A stretch of DNA of 64,000 nt from an uncultured Bacilli bacterium. Lineage in GTDB: Bacteria > Bacillota_I > Bacilli_A > RF39 > UBA660. The notes below the pieces were generated by a model, which saw nothing but the letters and a program-made list of their open reading frames with translations, did not search any database and was not told where the DNA came from. The position numbers and the translations under genes are program-made. Positions 18,262-27,211 of this stretch are shown here, one piece after another. Position 1 is the first letter of the stretch, and every line of letters starts with the position of its first letter. The stretch spans positions 1,636 to 65,635 of the forward strand of contig CALVUX010000007.1 in assembly GCA_944363715.1 (NCBI GenBank), in the 5' to 3' direction.

Positions 18262-19029
18262 ATGGAAATATTATATATAGTGTGTTTCTTTATAATAGGC
18301 CTAGTTTTTGGGTCTTTCTTTTGTTGTGTTGGACTTAGACTTAGTACTGGTAAAAAGTTTATTAATGATAGAAGTATTTGTGATAAATGTGGGCATGTTC
18401 TATCCTGGTATGATTTAATACCTATAGTGTCTTTTATATCGTTAAAAGGTAGATGTAGATATTGTCATGAAAAGGTTAGTTTATTAAACCCTTTTATCGA
18501 ACTTGTAACAGGTATTTTATTTGCTTTATCATATTATAGTTTTGGTTTTTCAATAGACTTAGTTTTATCTTTAAGTATTGTGGCACTTGCTATGATTATA
18601 TTTGCAAGTGATTTAACTTATATGATTATACCTGATGAAGTAATTATCTTTTTTAGTATAGTTATTATAATATTAGAGTTCTTTTTAGAGGGTATAACTG
18701 GTGTAGGGTTATCTTTACTTAGTGGATTATCTCTATTCTTTTTTATGTATTGTTTAATGAAACTAGGTAATGCTTTATTTAAAAAAGAATCTTTAGGAGG
18801 AGGAGATGTTAAACTATTCTTTGTTTTAGGTCTTGTAATAGATCCTTTTTTAGGGCTTGTAACTATCTTTTTAGCATCTTTAATTGCGTTACCAGTATCT
18901 TTATATTTGCTTTATAAAAATAAAGAGCATATGATACCTTTTGGGCCTTTCATCTTAATAGCTTTTCTTATAGTGTTCTTTAGTAAAGTTACTACTAGTG
19001 AGATCTTTGACTTTTTAACAGTATTTTAA
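18262..19029 (+). CDS. pilD: prepilin peptidase (A24 family, PilD/ComC)
   Basis: N-terminal Cys pairs (CDKCGH...CRYCHE), the GGGDVKL active-site motif and a polytopic membrane profile. Confidence 0.9.
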   Translation: MEILYIVCFFIIGLVFGSFFCCVGLRLSTGKKFINDRSICDKCGHVLSWYDLIPIVSFISLKGRCRYCHEKVSLLNPFIELVTGILFALSYYSFGFSIDLVLSLSIVALAMIIFASDLTYMIIPDEVIIFFSIVIIILEFFLEGITGVGLSLLSGLSLFFFMYCLMKLGNALFKKESLGGGDVKLFFVLGLVIDPFLGLVTIFLASLIALPVSLYLLYKNKEHMIPFGPFILIAFLIVFFSKVTTSEIFDFLTVF

Positions 19030-19268
19030 TTTTGTTGTTGACGAACATTCTTTCTAATGTTAAGATATTAAGCATTAAAACATTTATATAAAAGTATGGT
19101 TTAGTAACATAAGCCGAATTAGCAATATTAATTATTATATTAAGTTATTCGAAAAATTCGAATAGGTAAAAAAATCTTAATAATTGATATTAGTTTTAAG
19201 AAATATTATTTTTGCATTGCATAAGGAGAGATATATGAGTGAATTTGGAAATATAATTATTTATAAAG

Positions 19269-19432
19269 AGAACATAAGAAATAAAATAAATTTTATTTCG
19301 CCCTTGTCGTTACCTCCAAGGATTCCTACTTCATAGATAAGGTATCCCTTATTCTCCATAGGCTTAAATTCCTTAAAGCACTACCGTACTCATTTATTTT
19401 TTATTAAATTATTATTTTATCTAAAACATTAT
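19269..19432 (-). ncRNA. putative omegaRNA (reRNA) scaffold / right-end of TnpB element copy 1
   Basis: Positions 19269-19390 match 46587-46708 of copy 2 at 121/122 nt. The region ends in a perfect hairpin GAAATAAAAT-TT-ATTTTATTTC. Confidence 0.65.
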
Positions 19433-20581
19433 CTAAACTACACTAGCTAAATTATAGTGTAACTTTAAACCTTCTAATAATATATTTAAACTAGCATTTA
19501 TATCTCTATCATTATGTGAGCCACATTTTGGGCAATCATATTCTCTTATACTTAAATCTTTTAACTTACTATTCTTATATCCACAATGACTACATATCTG
19601 ACTACTTGGATAATAGGTATTTATCTTATAATAATACTTGCCTTTTATTTTACATTTCCACTCTATTAAAGAACGTAATGTACTAACACACGCATCTGAT
19701 AGACTTTTATTAAATGCTTTTTTCTTATCTTTAAACATATCTTTTACTAATAGACTCTCTGTTACTATAATATCATGGTCATCTACTATCTCATTAGCAA
19801 TATAATTTAAATAATGTTTTCTATAATTCCTTATTTTTGTGTATATCCTCGCTATCTGTTCTTTTGTCTTTAAATAGTTTTTACTTTCCTTTTCTTGTCT
19901 AGATAATTTTCTTTGTAATCTTTTTAACCTCTTTTCAAATTTCATTAATACTTTCAGATTACCATATTTAATACCATCACTTGTTACTACTAAATCTTTT
20001 ATTCCTAAATCTATTCCTACTATAGTTGTAGGTATTATCTTTTCTATTAAGATATCTTCTTCTACTAATACACTAACATAATACTTATTTGTTGATTCTC
20101 TTGAAATAGTAGCATTTACTATCTTTCCTTCTATTTTATCTTTATCTCTAAATCCTTTTATTTTTACGTTACCTATTTTTGGTAATTTTATATTTCTAGT
20201 TAATAAATCTACTTCTATATTACTATATTCTTTTTCTTTATATGTACCTCTTACACAACTAGTTCTATAAGACTGTCTATTAAACTTACTCTTAAACCTT
20301 GGATATCCACTTCTTTTTGCAAAGAAGTTATTAAAACCATCTTCTAAATCAAATATAGAACTTCTTAAGGCACATGAATCTACTTCTTTAAGATATTCAT
20401 ATTGGTTTTCTAATTCTTTTAAATCTTTACATAAATCAAATGTTTTTTGTACTCCTTTTTCTTTTTGATAATTTAGATAATAGTTATAAACAAAACGAGC
20501 ACATCCAAAAGTCTTATGTATTAATATCTTTTGTTCTTCATTTGGATATAATCTAAACTTATATGCTCTATATATTTCCAT
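19433..20581 (-). CDS. tnpB: RNA-guided endonuclease TnpB (IS200/IS605 OrfB)
   Basis: N-terminal YRAYKFRLYP. The RuvC residues are present in IVGIDLGIKD, IIVTESL and NDRDINAS. The zinc ribbon is CSHCGY...CPKCG. Confidence 0.92.
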   Translation of the reverse strand: MEIYRAYKFRLYPNEEQKILIHKTFGCARFVYNYYLNYQKEKGVQKTFDLCKDLKELENQYEYLKEVDSCALRSSIFDLEDGFNNFFAKRSGYPRFKSKFNRQSYRTSCVRGTYKEKEYSNIEVDLLTRNIKLPKIGNVKIKGFRDKDKIEGKIVNATISRESTNKYYVSVLVEEDILIEKIIPTTIVGIDLGIKDLVVTSDGIKYGNLKVLMKFEKRLKRLQRKLSRQEKESKNYLKTKEQIARIYTKIRNYRKHYLNYIANEIVDDHDIIVTESLLVKDMFKDKKKAFNKSLSDACVSTLRSLIEWKCKIKGKYYYKINTYYPSSQICSHCGYKNSKLKDLSIREYDCPKCGSHNDRDINASLNILLEGLKLHYNLASVV

Positions 20582-20685
20582 AATACGAACCCTCTTTCTT
20601 GTAACTTAAGTGTACTACATAAAATATACGTTCGTCAATACATAAATTCGATTTTCATCCAAAAAAACGCAATTTCCTTATAGAT

Positions 20686-20716
20686 GAAAAAGAAGAGGTT
20701 GCTATTTAACCTCTTC
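20686..20716 (-). terminator. intrinsic terminator of the 138-aa gene
   Basis: GAAGAGGTT-N7-AACCTCTTC perfect 9-bp hairpin spanning the stop codon, followed by a T-run on the - strand. It directly abuts the IS left end. Confidence 0.6.
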
Positions 20717-21118
20717 TATTAGTTTTATAGTCTTATCATATAAGTTTTCATTAGTATTAATATCATAACAATTTGGATAATAAAATATTTTAGATTCAAG
20801 TTTTCCAAAAACAGCTGAATAACCATCTCGTGTAGGAATACATTTATATTCTTTATTAATTATTTCTTCTTTGATAAATTTTTGAATCTTATCATACTCA
20901 TCACTTGTTAATTCTTTTATTAAATATATATTTTCTAATGGAATATTATTTTTCTCCATAAATGGAGTCATAAAAATATGTAAAGAGTAACCATACATTT
21001 TCTTATCTTTTGTTATGATTGTTCCACTTCTACCAGGACTAATACTTAAATTTGCTTTAACCTCTACTCCTAAAATACTATTTTCTTTTAACTTATCTAC
21101 TTTTTCTTGCATACACAT
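20702..21118 (-). CDS. hypothetical protein (138 aa)
   Basis: Intact ORF with no recognisable motif. Confidence 0.5.
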   Translation of the reverse strand: MCMQEKVDKLKENSILGVEVKANLSISPGRSGTIITKDKKMYGYSLHIFMTPFMEKNNIPLENIYLIKELTSDEYDKIQKFIKEEIINKEYKCIPTRDGYSAVFGKLESKIFYYPNCYDINTNENLYDKTIKLIEEVK

Positions 21119-21185
21119 CTCCTTCTTTCTGGTATAATTGTATTATATTTAATAATTAATTTGGTCGCATTAAAGGAGACAATTT

Positions 21186-21644
21186 ATGAAAGAAAGATTA
21201 AATGAATATATTAATGAGAACTTAAAAGCACTACCTCGTATAAGAAGAAGATTAAGTAATTATCAAACTTCAAAAATAGATGATTATATTAATGAAAGTA
21301 ATAAGGAAAGCCATTTCCAAGAATTATTATTTAAGTATATTGATGATAAAAACTTAAAAGATAGTGATGTTTATAACAAAGTTCATATTGATAGGAGATT
21401 ATTTTCTAAAATTAGAAGTGATATTAATTATCATCCTAGTAAAGAAACAGTTATATTATTAGGATTATCTTTAAAGTTAAATGAAGAAGAAATAGATAAA
21501 TTACTTAATAGTGCCTCGTACTCACTACCTAAAAACAGTATCTATGATTTAATTATTAGATTTTGTTTTATCGAAGGAATATATGAACTTAAAGATGTTA
21601 ATGACTTATTAGAAACATATAACTGTAAATTATTTTCATACTAA
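21186..21644 (+). CDS. hypothetical protein with a putative HTH-like C-terminal region
   Basis: The segment VYNKVHIDRRLFSKIRSDINYHPSKETVILLGLSLKLNEEEIDKLLNSASYSL resembles a widespread Firmicute HTH-type family. This assignment is from memory only. Confidence 0.5.
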   Translation: MKERLNEYINENLKALPRIRRRLSNYQTSKIDDYINESNKESHFQELLFKYIDDKNLKDSDVYNKVHIDRRLFSKIRSDINYHPSKETVILLGLSLKLNEEEIDKLLNSASYSLPKNSIYDLIIRFCFIEGIYELKDVNDLLETYNCKLFSY

Positions 21645-21656
21645 AAGAAGAAATCT

Positions 21657-23813
21657 TTATTTAGACTTCTTCTTTTTCATATCAAGTAATACTTCTTTTC
21701 TAGAGAAGTTTTCTTTACCTTTTTTATCTTTACCTACTGCTTTTACTAAGATAGTATCTCCTACTTTTACAACATCTTCTACGTTGTCAATACGTTTAGT
21801 ATCAAGTTGGGATACATGAACTAGTCCTTCACAACCTGGCCATATTTCTACAAAACATCCAAAGTCATGAACTGCAACTACTTTAGCTTCATAAGTCTTT
21901 CCTACTTCTACTTCTCTTGCAACATCTTCTATCATCTTAACTGTTTTATCAATAATATCTTGATCACTATGATATACAATTACTCTACCATCATCTTCTA
22001 AATCTACTTTAACAGCATTAATGTTATTTACATCAGTTACATTACTACAATCACAAATAATCTTAGTAATCATTTCTCCACCTTTACCAATAACATCACG
22101 TATTTTAGATGGAGATATATAGAATACTTTAGTCTTAGGAGCATATTTAGATACTTCACTACGTGGTTCAGGAATCTGTTTTTTTATAACATCAAGAATC
22201 TCAAGTCTTGCTTTCTTTGCTTGTTCTAAAGCTTCTTTTAATATTTCTTTAGTAACTCCTTTTATTTTAATATCCATTTGTAGAGCACATATTCCAGTAG
22301 ATGTACCTGCTACTTTAAAGTCCATATCACCTAAATGATCTTCCATACCAGCGATATCGGTTAAAATTGTATAATCATCATCACTTGTAATAAGTCCCAT
22401 AGCAATACCTGCAACTGGAGATTTTATTGGAACACCTGCTGCCATTAGACTCATACATCCAGCACAGATACTAGCTTGAGAACTACTACCATTACTTTCT
22501 AGTATTTCTGATACTACACGAATTGTATAAGGAAATTCATCTTCACTAGGAATAACTTGAAGTAGTGCTCTCTCACCTAAAGCACCATGACCAATCTCAC
22601 GTCTACCAGGTGCTCCATATCTTCCTGTTTCCCCAACTGAGAATTGTGGGAAGTTATAATGTAACATAAATCTCTTTTCATCTTCTAAACTTAATCCATC
22701 AAGAATTTGATGCTCTCCTAATGCTCCTAGCGTTGTAACTGCAAGACACTGTGTTTCCCCTCTTGTAAATAAAGCAGATCCGTGTGTTCTAGGAAGTAAA
22801 TCTATATCAGTTGAAAGTGGTCTAATTTCATCCATACGTCTTCCGTCACTTCTAATCTTTTCTTTAACTACAATATTTCTAAATAATCTATATTCTACAT
22901 CACTAAATATTTTCTCTACTTTTACAAGTAATAAATCTAACTCTTCATCAACAAGCTCTTTATTATCTTCTTTATATTTTTCTAATAGGTTATCTTTTAT
23001 TTCGTCTATTCTTCCATAACGTTCTAATTTTTCTTTAATTCTTAATGCTTCATCTAAGTCTTTCTCTATTAGTTTAGTTACTTCATCTCTTAAATCATCT
23101 TCAATAGTTAAAGATTCATATTCGAATGGTGTAACTCCAATATCAGAAATTATCTCTTCTTGCCATTTACATAACTCTTTTATTGCTTCATGACCTTTCA
23201 TTAGTCCTTCAAGCATAATATCTTCGTCTACTTGTTTTGCTCCTGCTTCTACCATGTTAATAGCGTTGCTTGTTCCTGCAACAGTTAAGTCAAGACTACT
23301 CTTTTCTAACTCTTCTACTGTTGGATTGATAATGTATTCTCCATCAACATACCCTACTTTAACACCAGCGATAGGACCTAAGAAAGGAGCCCCGCTTATC
23401 ATAGTTGCAAGAGATGAACCAAGCATTGCTGTTAACTCAGGAGAACAATCTTGATCTACTGATAAAACTGTATTAATAACTTGTACTTCGTTCTTAAAAT
23501 CCTCTTTAAATAAAGGTCTCATAGGTCTATCAATCATTCTTGCAGCAAGAGTAGCAGCATCAGTTGGTCTTCCTTCTCTTTTAATAAATCCACCTGGAAT
23601 CTTTCCAACAGAATAAAGTTTTTCTTGATAATTAACTGTTAATGGAAAGAAATCACTTAACAAATTAGCTTTCTTATTAATAACAGTTGCCGTTAATATA
23701 ACAGTATCATTATATCTAACTAAAACAGAACCAGTCGCTTGTTTAGCAAGTTCCCCATGTTCTACTACTATCTTCTTCCCATAAAAATCATATTCATATA
23801 CTTTCTTACTCAT
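21657..23813 (-). CDS. pnp: polyribonucleotide nucleotidyltransferase (PNPase)
   Basis: Two RNase PH domains, a KH domain (GKGGEMI) and an S1 domain ([19 protein letters not shown]). Confidence 0.95.
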   Translation of the reverse strand: MSKKVYEYDFYGKKIVVEHGELAKQATGSVLVRYNDTVILTATVINKKANLLSDFFPLTVNYQEKLYSVGKIPGGFIKREGRPTDAATLAARMIDRPMRPLFKEDFKNEVQVINTVLSVDQDCSPELTAMLGSSLATMISGAPFLGPIAGVKVGYVDGEYIINPTVEELEKSSLDLTVAGTSNAINMVEAGAKQVDEDIMLEGLMKGHEAIKELCKWQEEIISDIGVTPFEYESLTIEDDLRDEVTKLIEKDLDEALRIKEKLERYGRIDEIKDNLLEKYKEDNKELVDEELDLLLVKVEKIFSDVEYRLFRNIVVKEKIRSDGRRMDEIRPLSTDIDLLPRTHGSALFTRGETQCLAVTTLGALGEHQILDGLSLEDEKRFMLHYNFPQFSVGETGRYGAPGRREIGHGALGERALLQVIPSEDEFPYTIRVVSEILESNGSSSQASICAGCMSLMAAGVPIKSPVAGIAMGLITSDDDYTILTDIAGMEDHLGDMDFKVAGTSTGICALQMDIKIKGVTKEILKEALEQAKKARLEILDVIKKQIPEPRSEVSKYAPKTKVFYISPSKIRDVIGKGGEMITKIICDCSNVTDVNNINAVKVDLEDDGRVIVYHSDQDIIDKTVKMIEDVAREVEVGKTYEAKVVAVHDFGCFVEIWPGCEGLVHVSQLDTKRIDNVEDVVKVGDTILVKAVGKDKKGKENFSRKEVLLDMKKKKSK

Positions 23814-23814
23814 C

Positions 23815-24348
23815 TTACTTCCCTCTTCTTTCTCTATATTTCTTTAATACCATTCTTTTCTCTTCGTCTTTATTATCATATATTATACAAGTTTCTAAAT
23901 CTATAAATTTACTTTCATAAAAATCTATATCATTTAAAGTTGTATATGTCCTTCCCTTATGTAAAAGATATAACAAAGCATCTTTTTTGATGCAATTAGA
24001 ATGCACCTTCCAGCTCTTGCACCCAAAATTATCATATCCTAAAAATGTGTTGCTTGCTACTTGATAAATATCTCCTATAAAAATATTACTAACATCAAGC
24101 TTTTCACTTCTATCTTTTTCAAATGTTCTAATTATTGTAGCTTTTAATTGATGTTTAGACTCCTTTAATCGAGTATAAGGAATTAATTTATCTTTATCTA
24201 CCTGAATATCACTAGGTTCTACATATTCTTTAGTCATTAAATTAATAACTCTATCGCTAGATTCTCTATATAGTAATATTTCTTCATTATCTAAAGTAAC
24301 TCCTATATAAACATTATTAGCATTCATACATTCATACTTCCTCCACAA
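23815..24348 (-). CDS. hypothetical protein (about 170-177 aa) inserted between rpsO and pnp
   Basis: Intact ORF whose stop lies 1 nt from the pnp start. The start is either TTG at 24348 or ATG at 24327. No motif. Confidence 0.5.
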   Translation of the reverse strand: MWRKYECMNANNVYIGVTLDNEEILLYRESSDRVINLMTKEYVEPSDIQVDKDKLIPYTRLKESKHQLKATIIRTFEKDRSEKLDVSNIFIGDIYQVASNTFLGYDNFGCKSWKVHSNCIKKDALLYLLHKGRTYTTLNDIDFYESKFIDLETCIIYDNKDEEKRMVLKKYRERRGK

Positions 24349-24396
24349 ATCTATTATATAATAACAGAAAAAGAAAGAAATTTCTACTCTTTCTTT

Positions 24397-24936
24397 CTAC
24401 ATTTTATCAATATAGCATTCTTTAATTAATTTTTTTACTTTAGGATCTACTATATCTTCTCTAATAACTACACTATTTTCATCTACAAAAGGAACGTAAA
24501 TTCCAGGTTTAACATGTTTACTATCTCCAATAATAATATCACCAGGTGTAAATATTCTACCCATATCACTACTCGCTAATAAATCAGTGCTTAATAACTC
24601 CTTCATAGCACTTTTCTCTAATTCAGTTATCTTAGAACATATTTCCTTAATTTTCATTTCATCAGAAAAGTATTTAACTTCAATAGGAAAATATTCTAAT
24701 GGCACATAGCCTTGTTGTTTAGTTCTAAGTAGTGCAACACTTCTATTTGCCATTGAACTTCTAGTATGTTCTAAATCTATATATACTCTAATATTCCCTG
24801 TCACAAAGCTAACGATATTTTCTGAATTATACTCTTCGACAAGAGAGTCTACCATTTCCATACCTGACCTTTCTCTAAAATCGTCATCTCTTCTATGTAA
24901 ATAATCTAAAACTCCTAGCATTTTATCTTTACTCAT
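24397..24936 (-). CDS. hypothetical protein (179 aa) inserted between rpsO and pnp
   Basis: Intact ORF with no recognisable motif. Confidence 0.5.
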   Translation of the reverse strand: MSKDKMLGVLDYLHRRDDDFRERSGMEMVDSLVEEYNSENIVSFVTGNIRVYIDLEHTRSSMANRSVALLRTKQQGYVPLEYFPIEVKYFSDEMKIKEICSKITELEKSAMKELLSTDLLASSDMGRIFTPGDIIIGDSKHVKPGIYVPFVDENSVVIREDIVDPKVKKLIKECYIDKM

Positions 24937-25011
24937 AATATCTCCCCTTTCACATCAGCATATTATATACAAAAGCGTTACAAAAGTCAAGAAAAAAGAA
25001 CTCTTTGAGTC

Positions 25012-25281
25012 CTACTTTCTTAAACCTAGTTTCTTAACTACTTCACGATATTTTGCAACATCTTTCTTAGCTAAATAATTAAGCATATTTCTTCTTTGTC
25101 CAACTTTCATTAAAAGACCACGACGTGAATGATGATCATGAATATGAGTCTTTAAATGCTCTGTTAAATTCTCAATTTCTTTAGTTAAAATTGCTATTTG
25201 AACAGAAGCAGAACCAGTATCATGTTCATTAACACCAAATTCTTTAATGATTTGTTGTTTCTCTTCTTTTGTTAATGCCAT
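25012..25281 (-). CDS. rpsO: 30S ribosomal protein S15
   Basis: [16 protein letters not shown]...[11 protein letters not shown]...[10 protein letters not shown]. Confidence 0.95.
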   Translation of the reverse strand: MALTKEEKQQIIKEFGVNEHDTGSASVQIAILTKEIENLTEHLKTHIHDHHSRRGLLMKVGQRRNMLNYLAKKDVAKYREVVKKLGLRK

Positions 25282-25383
25282 ATTAACCTTCCTTTCTTAA
25301 TATATTAGCCATATTCTTGGTAATTGGTGTAAGGAAGAACTCCAACTACTAGGAATAGGTACGCATATAATATACTACAAAAT

Positions 25384-26790
25384 TTAGATTTTGTCTATCA
25401 TTTTATAACATTTTAATTTTTGATTATTATTTTGATAGATAGCAATCTCTTTATTATCTTTAATAAATAACACTTTATCTTTAATATTATAATTATTATT
25501 AATAACTGCCCCATTAATTACTTTCTTATAGTCTTTATCATCTATTTCTTTTATTTCTATATCTAAAGCATTACTAATAGTAATTAAAGTACTATTTATA
25601 CTTACATCATCTAAATTAAATGCATCACTTAACTTAAACTTACCTTGTCTAGTTCTTAATAAACCACTCATAGTACAAGGTATATCTAAATAATCTCCCA
25701 TATCTTTAATTAAACTTCTAATATAGGTTCCTTTAGATACAACGCATCTAAACTTAAAATAATCTTCTTTATAGTCTAATAATTCTAATTCTTTAATTAT
25801 AACATTTCTTTTAGGTAACTCTATATCTTTATTACTTCTAGCATACTCATATAGTTTCTTACCATCCACTTTAATTGCAGAGTATTTAGGTACTTCCTGT
25901 AGATATTCCCTTGGAAAATTATTAAATAAAGCTTCTATCATATCTTTAGAAACTCTTTTACTACTTGACTTAACTACTTCACCTTCTAAATCTAAAGTAT
26001 CAGTTTCAACTCCTACTTTTACTTCTGCAATATATTCTTTAAGAGTACATGTTAGTAATTCATTTATTTTAGTTGCCTTATTAATAGTAATAACAAGTAA
26101 TCCTTCTGCCATTGGATCTAAAGTTCCATTATGCCCTACTTTCTTAGTATCAAAGACTCTTCCTATTTCATTAACAACATCTCTTGAAGTTAATCCTTTA
26201 GGTTTATTTACTAATAAAACACCACTTTTATTATAAAGTTCATTATATTCTTCTAATGTTAAGTTATTATCTGTTATGATTTTAGCAGTAGCCTTACCAA
26301 CATATCTATAATGCCAAGGTTCATAGTTATAACCAGTTATTTTCTCTTTTCCTTTAGGATATCTAAGTATTAAACCATAATCTTTTAATTTAGTCATTAT
26401 TGATTCAAATATATCCATATATGGCTTTAAATCATCATACTCATCTACAACTTTATTATCAATCATTATACTTATATCAAAACAAAGTCCAGTATGATGT
26501 TCAGAACTACCAGGTTCTGCTACATACTTATTAGTATAATCTAAACCAAAGATACTAAGATACTTATTTTTAGTATCTATTTGATCTTCTATACTTCTAT
26601 AACCACTATTTATAACTATTGTAATATTATCTTTTTCTAAGTCTTTTTTTAAATCAAGATATGCTTTTAAAGTTCTTTTTTCAAGTAAATACTCTTCACC
26701 TATATCATTTATTATTTTCTTTAAAATAACATTATTAAATGTCTCTTTATTATAAGGATATTCTTTATTAACTAAGATTTTATAATTCAT
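25384..26790 (-). CDS. truB: fusion protein: VanY-like M15 D-Ala-D-Ala carboxypeptidase domain + tRNA pseudouridine(55) synthase TruB
   Basis: The N-terminal ~190 aa carry SGYRS, SEHHTGLCFDI and EPWHYRYVG (LAS/M15B zinc peptidase). The rest carries GVLLVNKPKGLTSRDVV and GHNGTLDPMAEGLLVI (TruB catalytic Asp). The ATG at 26790 has a GAGGGA SD. Confidence 0.85.
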   Translation of the reverse strand: MNYKILVNKEYPYNKETFNNVILKKIINDIGEEYLLEKRTLKAYLDLKKDLEKDNITIVINSGYRSIEDQIDTKNKYLSIFGLDYTNKYVAEPGSSEHHTGLCFDISIMIDNKVVDEYDDLKPYMDIFESIMTKLKDYGLILRYPKGKEKITGYNYEPWHYRYVGKATAKIITDNNLTLEEYNELYNKSGVLLVNKPKGLTSRDVVNEIGRVFDTKKVGHNGTLDPMAEGLLVITINKATKINELLTCTLKEYIAEVKVGVETDTLDLEGEVVKSSSKRVSKDMIEALFNNFPREYLQEVPKYSAIKVDGKKLYEYARSNKDIELPKRNVIIKELELLDYKEDYFKFRCVVSKGTYIRSLIKDMGDYLDIPCTMSGLLRTRQGKFKLSDAFNLDDVSINSTLITISNALDIEIKEIDDKDYKKVINGAVINNNYNIKDKVLFIKDNKEIAIYQNNNQKLKCYKMIDKI

Positions 26791-26791
26791 C

Positions 26792-27130
26792 TTATCCCTC
26801 ATTTATTTCATCTATAATTTTATCAATTTTCTCTCCATAGAAAACAGATTCATCATATATAAACTTAAGCTCAGGAATATTTCTTATCTCTATTCTTTTA
26901 GCAAGCTCTCCTCTAATAAAACCACTAGCATTATTTAAAGCTTTTAAAGTCTCATCTTTTTTTTCTTGCTCTAAAACAGTTACATATACTTTACAATAAC
27001 TTAAATCATTAGATGTATCACAATCAGTAACCGTTACAAACTTAATGTCTTCATCTTTAACCTCTAACATTAAGATCTTACTTACTTCTTCCATAATCAT
27101 ATGGTTTATTCTTTCTATTTTTATATTCAT
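26792..27130 (-). CDS. rbfA: ribosome-binding factor A
   Basis: RINHMIMEEVSKIL...VTVTDCDTSNDLSYCKVYV, in the conserved position after infB. Confidence 0.9.
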   Translation of the reverse strand: MNIKIERINHMIMEEVSKILMLEVKDEDIKFVTVTDCDTSNDLSYCKVYVTVLEQEKKDETLKALNNASGFIRGELAKRIEIRNIPELKFIYDESVFYGEKIDKIIDEINEG

Positions 27131-27211
27131 TAAAATCAGTCCTTTCTTCTAAATAAGTATAGCATATTTTTTTAAATTTAGGTATAATATGCTTTGTTAG
27201 GGGGAATTTAT

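Larger units (their letters stand above)
19269..20685 (-). mobile_element. IS200/IS605-family TnpB-only element (IS1341-like), copy 1
   Basis: Ends were defined by where homology to copy 2 stops. The left end ATCTATAAGG is at 20685 and the right end ...CTTATGTTCT is at 19269. There is no tnpA. Confidence 0.8.

Noticed and set aside
19030-19080. AATTTTGTTGTTGACGAACAT resembles the IS left-end segment AATTTTTGTATTGACGAACGT, which suggested a third, degenerate element end.
   Set aside because: The similarity is limited to about 20 nt centred on a -35-like TTGACG, and there is no further alignment to the left end or to tnpB. It is most simply an ordinary promoter-like AT-rich sequence.
19433-20581. 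Possibility that the TnpB copies are domesticated, nuclease-dead regulators (TldR-like), given their position next to pilus genes.
   Set aside because: Both copies retain the RuvC Asp/Glu/Asp contexts (GIDLG, VTESL, NDRDINAS) and the zinc ribbon. They also have recognisable transposon ends, so they look like ordinary active IS-borne TnpBs.
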